Shown one piece after another: positions 24,500-32,000 of a stretch of DNA of 32,000 bases. The notes beneath the pieces are model-generated. The model was not told the DNA's origin, made no database searches, and was given only the letters and a program-made list of their open reading frames with translations. The stretch's first letter is position 1. Every line of letters begins with the position of its first letter. This stretch comes from Candidatus Korarchaeum cryptofilum OPF8. GTDB taxonomy: Archaea > Korarchaeota > Korarchaeia > Korarchaeales > Korarchaeaceae. The DNA is taken from contig NC_010482.1 of the NCBI RefSeq assembly GCF_000019605.1, positions 210,001 through 242,000 of the forward strand, read 5' to 3'. Made by a program: the position numbers and the translations under genes.

Positions 24500-25138
24500 A
24501 TCCTCAAATTTCTGGATGAAATAGTCGCATCCATCAATTCTCCTTCCAACGCAGACTGTTTTGATCCCCAGCTCCCTACCGGCATCCAAGTCCCAGGGGG
24601 TATCGCCGAAGAAGATGCATTTACTAGGATCGACACCGAGCTCATCTAAAGCCATCATGAGCTGTTCCTTCCTATCCAAAGAGGACTCCCTCGTTATGAT
24701 CACATCGAAGAACCCCAAGATACCGAGTCTCTCGAGCGCTATCAAAGCTGGTTTCCTAGCTTGCAAAGTCACTAAAGCTAACTTCAACCCCATCCCCTTA
24801 ATTTTTTCGAAGATCTCTATCAACCTTGGATTTCGATCCGCCCTGCTAGATGCAGCTATCTCCTCCTCTTCAACTATCTTGAATGCCCTGATCTCCTCAT
24901 CCTTATTCCTAGCCGCCTTAGGTATGCTGGGGCCCAGGGGCTTCAGAGGGTGATCCCATCCCATCTCAGCCCTCACTCTCTCCCTCAATGAATCCCAGTT
25001 TATCCCGAGATCAACTAGCGTCCCATCCAGATCCGTTATCAATGCTTCCTTACCCTGAAGAAGTTCGTCGAGCCGCAATTCTCGCACTTCAGGTACACCC
25101 CGAACTTCCCCTGCTTCGCGACCATCGGACCTCCGCAT
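24485..25138 (-). CDS. HAD-superfamily phosphatase (phosphoglycolate phosphatase-like)
   Basis: Motif I ITDLDGTLVD, motif II LALVT, motif IV FFGDTPWD. The start is uncertain: ATG 25138, GTG 25147/25087 or TTG 25078. Every option lies inside the 3' end of the topoisomerase gene. Confidence 0.8.
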   Translation of the reverse strand: MRRSDGREAGEVRGVPEVRELRLDELLQGKEALITDLDGTLVDLGINWDSLRERVRAEMGWDHPLKPLGPSIPKAARNKDEEIRAFKIVEEEEIAASSRADRNPRLIEIFEKIKGMGLKLALVTLQARKPALIALERLGILGFFDVIITRESSLDRKEQLMMALDELGVDPSKCIFFGDTPWDLDAGRELGIKTVCVGRRIDGCDYFIQKFEDLAVH

Positions 25139-27171
25139 TTCGCACACCTCAGAGGGGTCCTATCGCAGTTAGCTATGCACCTGGTGTAACCCCTCCCCCT
25201 GTTGCTTTTAGTCTTGATCCTCCCGCTCACCAGCGGCAATCCACATTCACAGAATTTCCCTTCAAACCTCTCATTTTTAAATAAATTAAATTTTACATCG
25301 CATTTCTCAGGATAATTTGAGCAGACTATGAAATATCCATAACTGCTCTTCCTCATATTCAGGTCGCCCCCGCACTCGGGGCACTTCCCCAAGCTCCCGC
25401 TCCTGTACTCCCTTAGCCCCTCATAGAGCCTCTCCGATATCTTCAACTCGTTCCTCTTGAACTCATCCATGATAGCGCTCAACTCATCCAGAGATTCCTT
25501 GAGGAAATTGCTTGGATCCAGCTTCCCCAGCTCTATTTCATTCATCCCCCTCTCCAGCTTCGCTGTGAGCTCTGGATTCGTTAAAGCCGGGACGAAGCTC
25601 TCCAAGACCTCAACTATAGCCTCACCGAGTCTGGTGGGCTTGAAGCTCCCCTCCTCCAAGTAACCCCTGCTCTTCAGTATATCGATTATCTGCACCCTCG
25701 TGTTCTTAGTCCCCAGCCCCAGCCTCTCCATCTCCTTTATCAGGGATATGTGGGAGTACCTCTTCGGGGGCTGAGTTTCCTTTTCCTCTATCTTGACTTC
25801 AACGACCCTCAGCTCCTCACTATCCTCAACCTCCGGGAACTCCTCCATCCTGGCGTAAGGATAGACCCTCAGCCATCCCTCCCTCAATACTGAGAGACCA
25901 CTGGCCCTGAAGATGAAGCCATCTACATTAGACTCAACTCTGATCCTCTTGATTAGAGCGTCCTGAGCTAAAGTAGCGAGGTTCCTCCTGGCTATTATCT
26001 CATAAACTTCCCTATACTTCCCCTCGAGCCTCTCCTCAGGCACTCCGACTACGTGTATCGTTGGATGAGCTGGATCATCCTTCTTACCTTCAACAGCCGC
26101 TTCCCTCATGTCCCCGAGGACGAATTCGGCTTCCTCCTTCAGGGGCGAATAACTCGCTATGAGCTTGACCATATCGACGAAATCCTTCTTCTTCCAGCTC
26201 TTGGGATACTTCTGGCTCTCCGTCCCTATATAGCTTATCAATCCAGCCTCATATAGCTTTTGGGCTATCCCGCTCGTCCTATCAGCTATCTGCCTGGGGG
26301 TCAGCCCTGTTATCGCGCTCACCTCCACTTGGAGCGAGGTCCCGTCGAAAGGGGGAGGAGGGCTCAGCTTCCTCTCATCGGACTTCACTCTAGCGATTAG
26401 GGTATCCTTCACAGATTCTGCAGCTCTCCTAGCATAATCCTGATCCCATATCCTCTCCTCCCCCTTAGGAGGAGCTAACTCCAGTGAGAAACCCTTATCA
26501 ACCTTCACTATAACGGTGTAGTACTTCTTGGGGACGAATTCCCTTATCTCACGCTCTCTCTTCACTATCATAGACAGAGTGGGTCCCTGAACCCTTCCCG
26601 AGCTCAGGACCCTCACCCATCCCTTCCTCCTAGTGCTCAGGGTGAGCCCCCTAGATACGTTCGCCCCCCACTCCAGGTCTATGACCCTCCTCACCCAGCC
26701 GGCATAGGCCCTGGGATAGTCGAAGGGTTTGAGGTCCCTGAAGGAGCTCCTTATTTCCTCCTTAGTCAATGAGGAGAACTCCATCCTCAGTATTTCCTTC
26801 CCCTCCCAATTCAGGGCCTTAATTATCTCAAGAGCGATAGAGCTGCCCTCACTATCCAGATCAGTCGCTACTATTATCCTATTCGACAATTTCCCCAATT
26901 TCTCCAGTATTTTCAAGTACTCCCTCTTCCCCTTTATCTCCTTGAGCACTAACCTCTCAGGCGGGACTATAGATGGATACTCCCACTTACCTGGGGGATA
27001 ATCCAGCTCGAGAAGGTGGCCAGCGGCTGGTGCTACGTAGTACCTCTCACCGCCCGTGTCGAACTCATAATAGTATACTTTCCCCTCCCTCTTGGCCTTC
27101 GCTCCCTCAGATAGTATTGAGGCTATCCTCTTAGCTACGTTGGGCTTCTCGGTCAGTATGAGCGTGGTCAT
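25039..27171 (-). CDS. topA: Type IA DNA topoisomerase (archaeal TopA/Topo III-like) with C-terminal zinc ribbons
   Basis: Toprim LILTEKPNVAKRIA and ATDLDSEGS, SSGRVQGPTL, active-site Tyr in GLISYIGTES, and C-terminal CPECGG...C..C, CECG, CAKCGG...CENCG ribbons. Confidence 0.9.
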   Translation of the reverse strand: MTTLILTEKPNVAKRIASILSEGAKAKREGKVYYYEFDTGGERYYVAPAAGHLLELDYPPGKWEYPSIVPPERLVLKEIKGKREYLKILEKLGKLSNRIIVATDLDSEGSSIALEIIKALNWEGKEILRMEFSSLTKEEIRSSFRDLKPFDYPRAYAGWVRRVIDLEWGANVSRGLTLSTRRKGWVRVLSSGRVQGPTLSMIVKREREIREFVPKKYYTVIVKVDKGFSLELAPPKGEERIWDQDYARRAAESVKDTLIARVKSDERKLSPPPPFDGTSLQVEVSAITGLTPRQIADRTSGIAQKLYEAGLISYIGTESQKYPKSWKKKDFVDMVKLIASYSPLKEEAEFVLGDMREAAVEGKKDDPAHPTIHVVGVPEERLEGKYREVYEIIARRNLATLAQDALIKRIRVESNVDGFIFRASGLSVLREGWLRVYPYARMEEFPEVEDSEELRVVEVKIEEKETQPPKRYSHISLIKEMERLGLGTKNTRVQIIDILKSRGYLEEGSFKPTRLGEAIVEVLESFVPALTNPELTAKLERGMNEIELGKLDPSNFLKESLDELSAIMDEFKRNELKISERLYEGLREYRSGSLGKCPECGGDLNMRKSSYGYFIVCSNYPEKCDVKFNLFKNERFEGKFCECGLPLVSGRIKTKSNRGRGYTRCIANCDRTPLRCAKCGGPMVAKQGKFGVYLKCENCGSTNFFRVRKH

Positions 27172-27268
27172 TCCGCGGTCTTAGCTCGATGCTATCACCA
27201 GAATATAAGCGCATTACAAACCGGCCCCTCAGGATTTATGTCCCCCCCTCCTTCAATCATGGTGAAGC

Positions 27269-30200
27269 ATGAGGAGAGCGTATCTTTCCCTGCTCATGAT
27301 ATTCATACTCTTACAAGCTAACTTAATTCTCTCAGCTCCGCCTAGGACGATAGTAGTTCACACGGGCAGCCCATGCACTTCCGGCGATGCTTACTTCACG
27401 AGCTTGAGCTCAGCTATCTCGAGCGCGAACCCAGGGGATAGCGTGAAGATATGCCCCGGGACCTACAGGGATAACGTGAGGGTGACGAAGAGCTTAAGCA
27501 TCTCCGGAGTGGGGGACCCTTCTTCAGTTGTAGTGGAAGCCTACAATACGACTAAGCATGTAATAGAAGTGAGCAATACTAGGAATGTAATGATAAGCAA
27601 TTTAACTGTCAGAGGGGCAGTAGGATCCCAGCAGAGCGGTATATACATTTATTACACGAGCGAGAGCTCCCTCAGGAATATAATAGCGACCGGAAACTAC
27701 TTCGGGATCAACATAGTATCGAGCTCAAGCATAAATGTGAGCGATCTGATCTCGGAGAACAACACTAATGCTGGAGTGAACTTTGAGAGCAGTGTGGCAT
27801 GCTCCTTCTCGGATCTGAGACTGAGGAGGAATAGGATAGGCTTCCTCTCCCTCCTGAGCTCTGACTCCAAGTTAATGGATGCTAGGATAGAGGGGAACTC
27901 TGAGGGGGGCTTACTCCTCAAATACTCAAATAATAACAATCTTAGCGGTATAGAGGCTGAGAGGAACGGATGGTACGGTGTATACCTACAGAAATCTACT
28001 GGGAACATTATATTGAACTCGAGAGCCGATAACAATACTGCGCTTGGTGTCGATAGCTACGGCTTCTACATTTACCAGGGATCCGATAACAATAAGCTTG
28101 AGAACGTGAGCGCTAAGGATAACGTTTATGGAGTAGCGATAATATACAGCTCCAATAACTCTGTTAGGGCATCCTTAGTCAATAACACCTTCTCCGGAGT
28201 TTACATATACCAGAGCAGGGGGAACTCTATAGACGGCTCAGCTGAAGGCAGTATCTACGGTATATGGATACAGAACGGAGGGGAAAATAAGCTGATTGGA
28301 GAGTCAAGTCATAATAGGTTCGGAGTCCTCATCTCAGAGTCCAGTGGGAATCTGCTAAATGGGACGAGGATCCACGATAACATATACAGCGGTATAGTCG
28401 TGGAGGGGAACTCCTCCATCGGCAACGTTTTCACTAAGCTCTCCTGCTACAACAACACCCTGCTGGGGATAGATCTAGGAGGGGATTATGTCACTAAAAA
28501 CGATGGAAGGTTGACGGAGGGCCCGAACGATTTCATGGATTATCCTGTGCTGACATGGGCAGCTGTATACGGGGACAGATTGCTGGTGAAGGGCTACATA
28601 AATTCCGAGGGAAGCGGATCCGGGAGCTCAGCTTTCAACGGATCTGAGGTGGAGATATACCTATCCACGAATCATAAGAGCGGATACGGGGAGGGCTTAA
28701 GGTATCTGGGGAGCCTCAAGGCTTCAAACGGGGAGTTCCTGGGATGGATAGATCTTCCTGATGATTTGATAGGCAAGGGAATGAACATAACATCTACAGC
28801 GACGTTGATGCCTCATGGTACCTCTGAGTTCGGGCCAAATATATTCGCACAATCCCTATCAACGAACATAAGCGTGGAGAAGTTGATAGAGCCATCCATA
28901 GTCACTCCCGGCTCTTCAGCCAAGGTTACCTTAATAATCGCGAACAGGGGAAACGGGACGGCCTACAACGTCTCGATAATAGACTCACTCCCCTATGGCA
29001 TGAGTTACATAAGCGGGACAGCTAAGTTGAACGGTAGCTCTTTGGAGCCTAAGGTCAATGGAAGTGAGTTGAGCTGGATCCTCAATATACCTGCAGGGAG
29101 TATAATGCTCTTAGAATTTAATGTCAGCATAACCGCTTCCCCAGGATCTCACCTCGAGAATATAGCTTTCTTCAGCTCGGAAGATGGTTCAGGAAACAGC
29201 TCGGCTGATGTTAGCGTGATATCTCCCCCCGTAATAGAGGTGAGGAAGACCGCCTCATCAACTAGCGTGAAGGTGGGTGATGAGGTCAGCTATCAGCTGA
29301 GGATAGGGAACTCGGGAGACCTACCTGCATTCATATCGGTGAGGGATACTATACCCACAGGTATGAGCTATGTGAGTGGGAGCTTCTCCTCTAACGTCAG
29401 CTTGGATCTCGATATATCCGGAGGAGAGATAAAGTTCAACGTTACTTTAGCTCCAAAGAGCTCATTAGTAGCTTCATACAAGCTCAAGGCATTGACCGAG
29501 GGGAGGAAGGATAACAGGGTCTACGTTAATGGGACGCTCTCAGCATCGGCATCAGTAATAGTTACGAATCCTCCATCGGCTCCATCAGGCGGTTCCGGAG
29601 GTTCAGGGGGACATTCAGGTCATTCTGGAGGTTCAGGCGGTTCCGGAGGATCACCATCTTGCGGCTACATACCTCCTCCCACTTCAACTCCACCTGCCAC
29701 TCCGAGTAAGCCGAGCTCCGACGATTATGTCTTCAACGGGATACCCATAGTCCTCGTCTCCCTAGGATCTCAGGGGGTTAAGCTAGAGAGCTATCAATCA
29801 GGGAGCTCTGGTAGCTCCGGGGTCCAGCCCGTGACCTCTGGAAACGCTTTAGCTCTAATAACAATCGATATATCAGCATCCCCAACTAAAGCGGAGACGG
29901 GGAGCAATATAGCCTTCTTAGTCAACGTGAGCAATATAGGGGAGGGGGCTTATGAGGGGCTGGAGGTCCAGGTAGACCTCACCCCAGGGCTGGATTACGT
30001 GAGCGGGAGCTCGAAGCTCGGTGGAGTCAATGTGGAGCCGAAGAATGATAAGAATGTGCTCAAGTGGAAGATAAGCAAACTGGATCAGAAGAGCAGCTTG
30101 GAGATAAGTTTCCTAGCGAAGTTAATAGCGACAGCTGGGAGCTTCAATGTAGTGGCGACTGCAGCTACTGCTAGCGATAGTGTCATCATATCCGTTAAGC

Positions 30201-31072
30201 CTAAAGAAGTGGCAGCTCCTCAACCTCAACCTCAGCAAGTCCCGGAGGTCGTGGAGCTGGATGTATCGGGCTCCTCCTCCGGCAGGGTGGGAACGGTAAC
30301 GATAACTCTCACTAGCCCGACGGGAGCGAGGTCAGTGAGGATAGTCGCTAACCTAAACTCCCTCAAGTACGTGCCCAATAGCGCTAAGCTCGCCGATATG
30401 CCCGCTAAGACCGATGTGAGGGAGAACAGCTTGAGCTGGTTGATAAGCATATCCAAGGGAGGGAAAGCTGTGATAACCTTCAACGTCGAGCCTAGCAGCG
30501 ATGATGTGAATTCAGGTGAGGTGAACGTCTTCCTACCAGATTTCGGAAAACAGAAGAGTGTTACAATAAAGTTCGAGGCTAAACAGATGGCAATGGGCCC
30601 ATCTCTTGAGATAAAACTCCCACAGATCCCAATATGGATATTCCTGCTCCCTCTACTGGCTATACCGATAGTGCTAGCGTACAAGAGGAGGGGGAGAGAA
30701 GCTGTAGTGATGGATTACAGCGCCCTGAGGAGAGCCGTGGAGAGGGGGATGATAGAGGACTTGGTGAGGAGGTACGATGTCTACGTACCTCAGGAGACCT
30801 TCAACAAGGTGAGCAAGGATCAGAGGTTGATGAAGGCGCTGGAGAAATATCTAATAGGGAGATCCCTGAAAGTGGAGAGGGTATTGAGCGATGTATCGAT
30901 AGAGGGTTTCGATGATGAAGTAGCGGCTGTGATAAGCCTCGCCCAGAGGAGGGGAACTTTCGCGTACCTAGGGAACGAGGAGGCATTCAAGAAGTTGAAG
31001 GAGAAGGGATTGAAGGTGAAATTCGTTAAGGAAGGTAAGCCTCTATCATTAGAGGCGAATATCCCATCATAA
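27269..31072 (+). CDS. Large cell-surface glycoprotein: signal peptide, parallel beta-helix repeats, DUF11-like repeats, GS/PT linker, TM anchor, cytoplasmic PIN-like tail
   Basis: Signal-like N-terminus MRRAYLSLLMIFILLQANLILSA. About 400 aa of beta-helix repeats (NVxISN..., GIYIY, GVAIIYSSNN). DUF11-type repeats (GDEVSYQLRIGNSGDLPAF...DTIPTGMSYVSGS). I counted 25 N-x-S/T sequons by hand. TM helix IPIWIFLLPLLAIPIVLAY (30626-30682) followed by KRRGRE, then a 123-aa soluble tail. Confidence 0.9.
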   Translation: MRRAYLSLLMIFILLQANLILSAPPRTIVVHTGSPCTSGDAYFTSLSSAISSANPGDSVKICPGTYRDNVRVTKSLSISGVGDPSSVVVEAYNTTKHVIEVSNTRNVMISNLTVRGAVGSQQSGIYIYYTSESSLRNIIATGNYFGINIVSSSSINVSDLISENNTNAGVNFESSVACSFSDLRLRRNRIGFLSLLSSDSKLMDARIEGNSEGGLLLKYSNNNNLSGIEAERNGWYGVYLQKSTGNIILNSRADNNTALGVDSYGFYIYQGSDNNKLENVSAKDNVYGVAIIYSSNNSVRASLVNNTFSGVYIYQSRGNSIDGSAEGSIYGIWIQNGGENKLIGESSHNRFGVLISESSGNLLNGTRIHDNIYSGIVVEGNSSIGNVFTKLSCYNNTLLGIDLGGDYVTKNDGRLTEGPNDFMDYPVLTWAAVYGDRLLVKGYINSEGSGSGSSAFNGSEVEIYLSTNHKSGYGEGLRYLGSLKASNGEFLGWIDLPDDLIGKGMNITSTATLMPHGTSEFGPNIFAQSLSTNISVEKLIEPSIVTPGSSAKVTLIIANRGNGTAYNVSIIDSLPYGMSYISGTAKLNGSSLEPKVNGSELSWILNIPAGSIMLLEFNVSITASPGSHLENIAFFSSEDGSGNSSADVSVISPPVIEVRKTASSTSVKVGDEVSYQLRIGNSGDLPAFISVRDTIPTGMSYVSGSFSSNVSLDLDISGGEIKFNVTLAPKSSLVASYKLKALTEGRKDNRVYVNGTLSASASVIVTNPPSAPSGGSGGSGGHSGHSGGSGGSGGSPSCGYIPPPTSTPPATPSKPSSDDYVFNGIPIVLVSLGSQGVKLESYQSGSSGSSGVQPVTSGNALALITIDISASPTKAETGSNIAFLVNVSNIGEGAYEGLEVQVDLTPGLDYVSGSSKLGGVNVEPKNDKNVLKWKISKLDQKSSLEISFLAKLIATAGSFNVVATAATASDSVIISVKPKEVAAPQPQPQQVPEVVELDVSGSSSGRVGTVTITLTSPTGARSVRIVANLNSLKYVPNSAKLADMPAKTDVRENSLSWLISISKGGKAVITFNVEPSSDDVNSGEVNVFLPDFGKQKSVTIKFEAKQMAMGPSLEIKLPQIPIWIFLLPLLAIPIVLAYKRRGREAVVMDYSALRRAVERGMIEDLVRRYDVYVPQETFNKVSKDQRLMKALEKYLIGRSLKVERVLSDVSIEGFDDEVAAVISLAQRRGTFAYLGNEEAFKKLKEKGLKVKFVKEGKPLSLEANIPS
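29585..29649 (+). repeat. 17-bp direct repeat inside the Gly/Ser/His linker coding region
   Basis: TCAGGCGGTTCCGGAGG occurs at 29585-29601 and 29633-29649. The offset is 48 nt, which is 16 codons and in frame. It encodes SGGSGG...SGGSGG. Confidence 0.8.
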
Positions 31073-32000
31073 CTCTATATTCATTTTTTCCTCCCTGAAT
31101 ATCCTTCTATCCATCTCCTCGAGCTTCCCCATCTGGGGCTGGAAATCCATCCTGCTTAGGATATCCTTATCCAGATCCACGCCAGGCGCTATCTCCTCCA
31201 GAGACAAACCCCTCTCGCTCAGCCTAAAGACAGCTCTCTCAGTTATGTATAAGACCTCCTTCCCCTCCTCTAAAGCTAGCTTCCCGTTGAAAGCCACCTT
31301 ATATACCTCCCTCACGAACTTCCTCACATCTCCATCTTGCTCGATTCTGAGCTCTCCATTCCCTATCCTGAACTTCCTCTTGCCCGCAGTGAATCCACCG
31401 GCGAAGTAAAGCCTTGGGGAGCCAGTTACTATAACTGGGAAGCCACCGGGACCGGTTATCCTGCCCGGGATGAATGAGGGGTTGACGTTACCGCGAGCAT
31501 CCACCTCCATGAACCCGAGGGAGGAGGCATCTATTATGCCGCCTTCATAATTCGTGAACATATCCGGCATCTGTATTACAGCGAAAGGCCCTATGGCGAC
31601 CCCGAAGTCAGCTTCAGTGAGGGCCACTCCTCCAAGCGGCCCAGCTTCTATGCTAGTCAGCAATATTTCCGAGAGACCCTCCTCCTCTATCACCAGGGGA
31701 GTGAGAGCGGGTATCCCTATCCCGAAGTTGACGAACAGGGGCCTATCCAGCCTCTTAGCCAGATAGAGGAGCTCAAGAGCTACTCTCCTAGCTATCACTT
31801 TCCTCTCACTGAGCTCGAGGGGGCTGTAAGAAGCTCTAGGTGGAATTATTTCACCGCTTATCCTAGGATCGTAACGGAAGGAGCAGGTCTGCCAATGGTA
31901 TTCCTCGGGAGCCACTACTACGTGATCCACCAGAGGGGCTGGGACATGGACTTCCTTAGGCTTAATAGATCCGAATTTCGCTAACCTTTCAACCTGAGCT
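31067..32000 (-). CDS. Family I CoA-transferase (acyl-CoA:acetate/3-ketoacid type), C-terminal part; gene continues past the right edge
   Basis: EXGXXG catalytic motif (SIEAGPLGG). I checked by hand that the frame stays open upstream of the ORF-track GTG (31930) to position 31999 (...AQVERLAKFGSIKPKEVHVPAPLVDHVV), so the gene is truncated by the window. Confidence 0.8.
   Translation of the reverse strand, partial: AQVERLAKFGSIKPKEVHVPAPLVDHVVVAPEEYHWQTCSFRYDPRISGEIIPPRASYSPLELSERKVIARRVALELLYLAKRLDRPLFVNFGIGIPALTPLVIEEEGLSEILLTSIEAGPLGGVALTEADFGVAIGPFAVIQMPDMFTNYEGGIIDASSLGFMEVDARGNVNPSFIPGRITGPGGFPVIVTGSPRLYFAGGFTAGKRKFRIGNGELRIEQDGDVRKFVREVYKVAFNGKLALEEGKEVLYITERAVFRLSERGLSLEEIAPGVDLDKDILSRMDFQPQMGKLEEMDRRIFREEKMNIEL

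Noticed and set aside
1-32000. CRISPR arrays, rRNA genes, transposases, integrases, inteins and prophage blocks.
   Set aside because: Reading both strands, I saw no regularly spaced repeats, no rRNA-like conserved stretches, no DDE or tyrosine-recombinase motifs, and no intein blocks in cdc48, leuS or topA. The only repeats found are the short ones reported above.

Overview
Densely packed chromosomal segment from an archaeon. The evidence is archaeal-type LeuRS and ArgRS, a CDC48/VCP ATPase, an intron-containing tRNA, TTTATATA boxes about 25-30 nt upstream of start codons (many transcripts look leaderless), and AGG/AGA/ATA codon bias. This fits a thermophilic Thermoproteota/Korarchaeota-like genome, but I cannot name the species from sequence alone. 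About 34 protein genes are present, mostly housekeeping: a TtuA-like PP-loop enzyme, argS, nth, a ZIP transporter, manC, etfBA, hsp20, cdc48, gap, leuS, a type IA topoisomerase and a CoA-transferase. There is also one tRNA-Trp(CCA) with two introns. I found no CRISPR array, rRNA, transposase or integrase. The points most worth a second look are: (1) a 1267-aa, sequon-rich surface protein (beta-helix plus DUF11-like repeats) whose C-terminal TM anchor is followed by a 123-aa cytoplasmic PIN-like domain; (2) an AT-richer islet (6958-8904) with unlisted micro-ORFs, a membrane protein and a HEPN-MNT pair whose promoter carries three phased ATGAGAAT repeats; (3) an alkyltransferase-like (PWWR, no Cys) domain fused to endonuclease V; (4) a Phr-like regulator-hsp20-cdc48 tandem with an operator-like palindrome over the predicted hsp20 TSS; (5) a topoisomerase whose active-site motif reads Y-I-G-T-E, lacking the conserved Arg; (6) six convergent gene pairs that overlap or abut. 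All functional calls come from motif recognition by eye; no database search was run.
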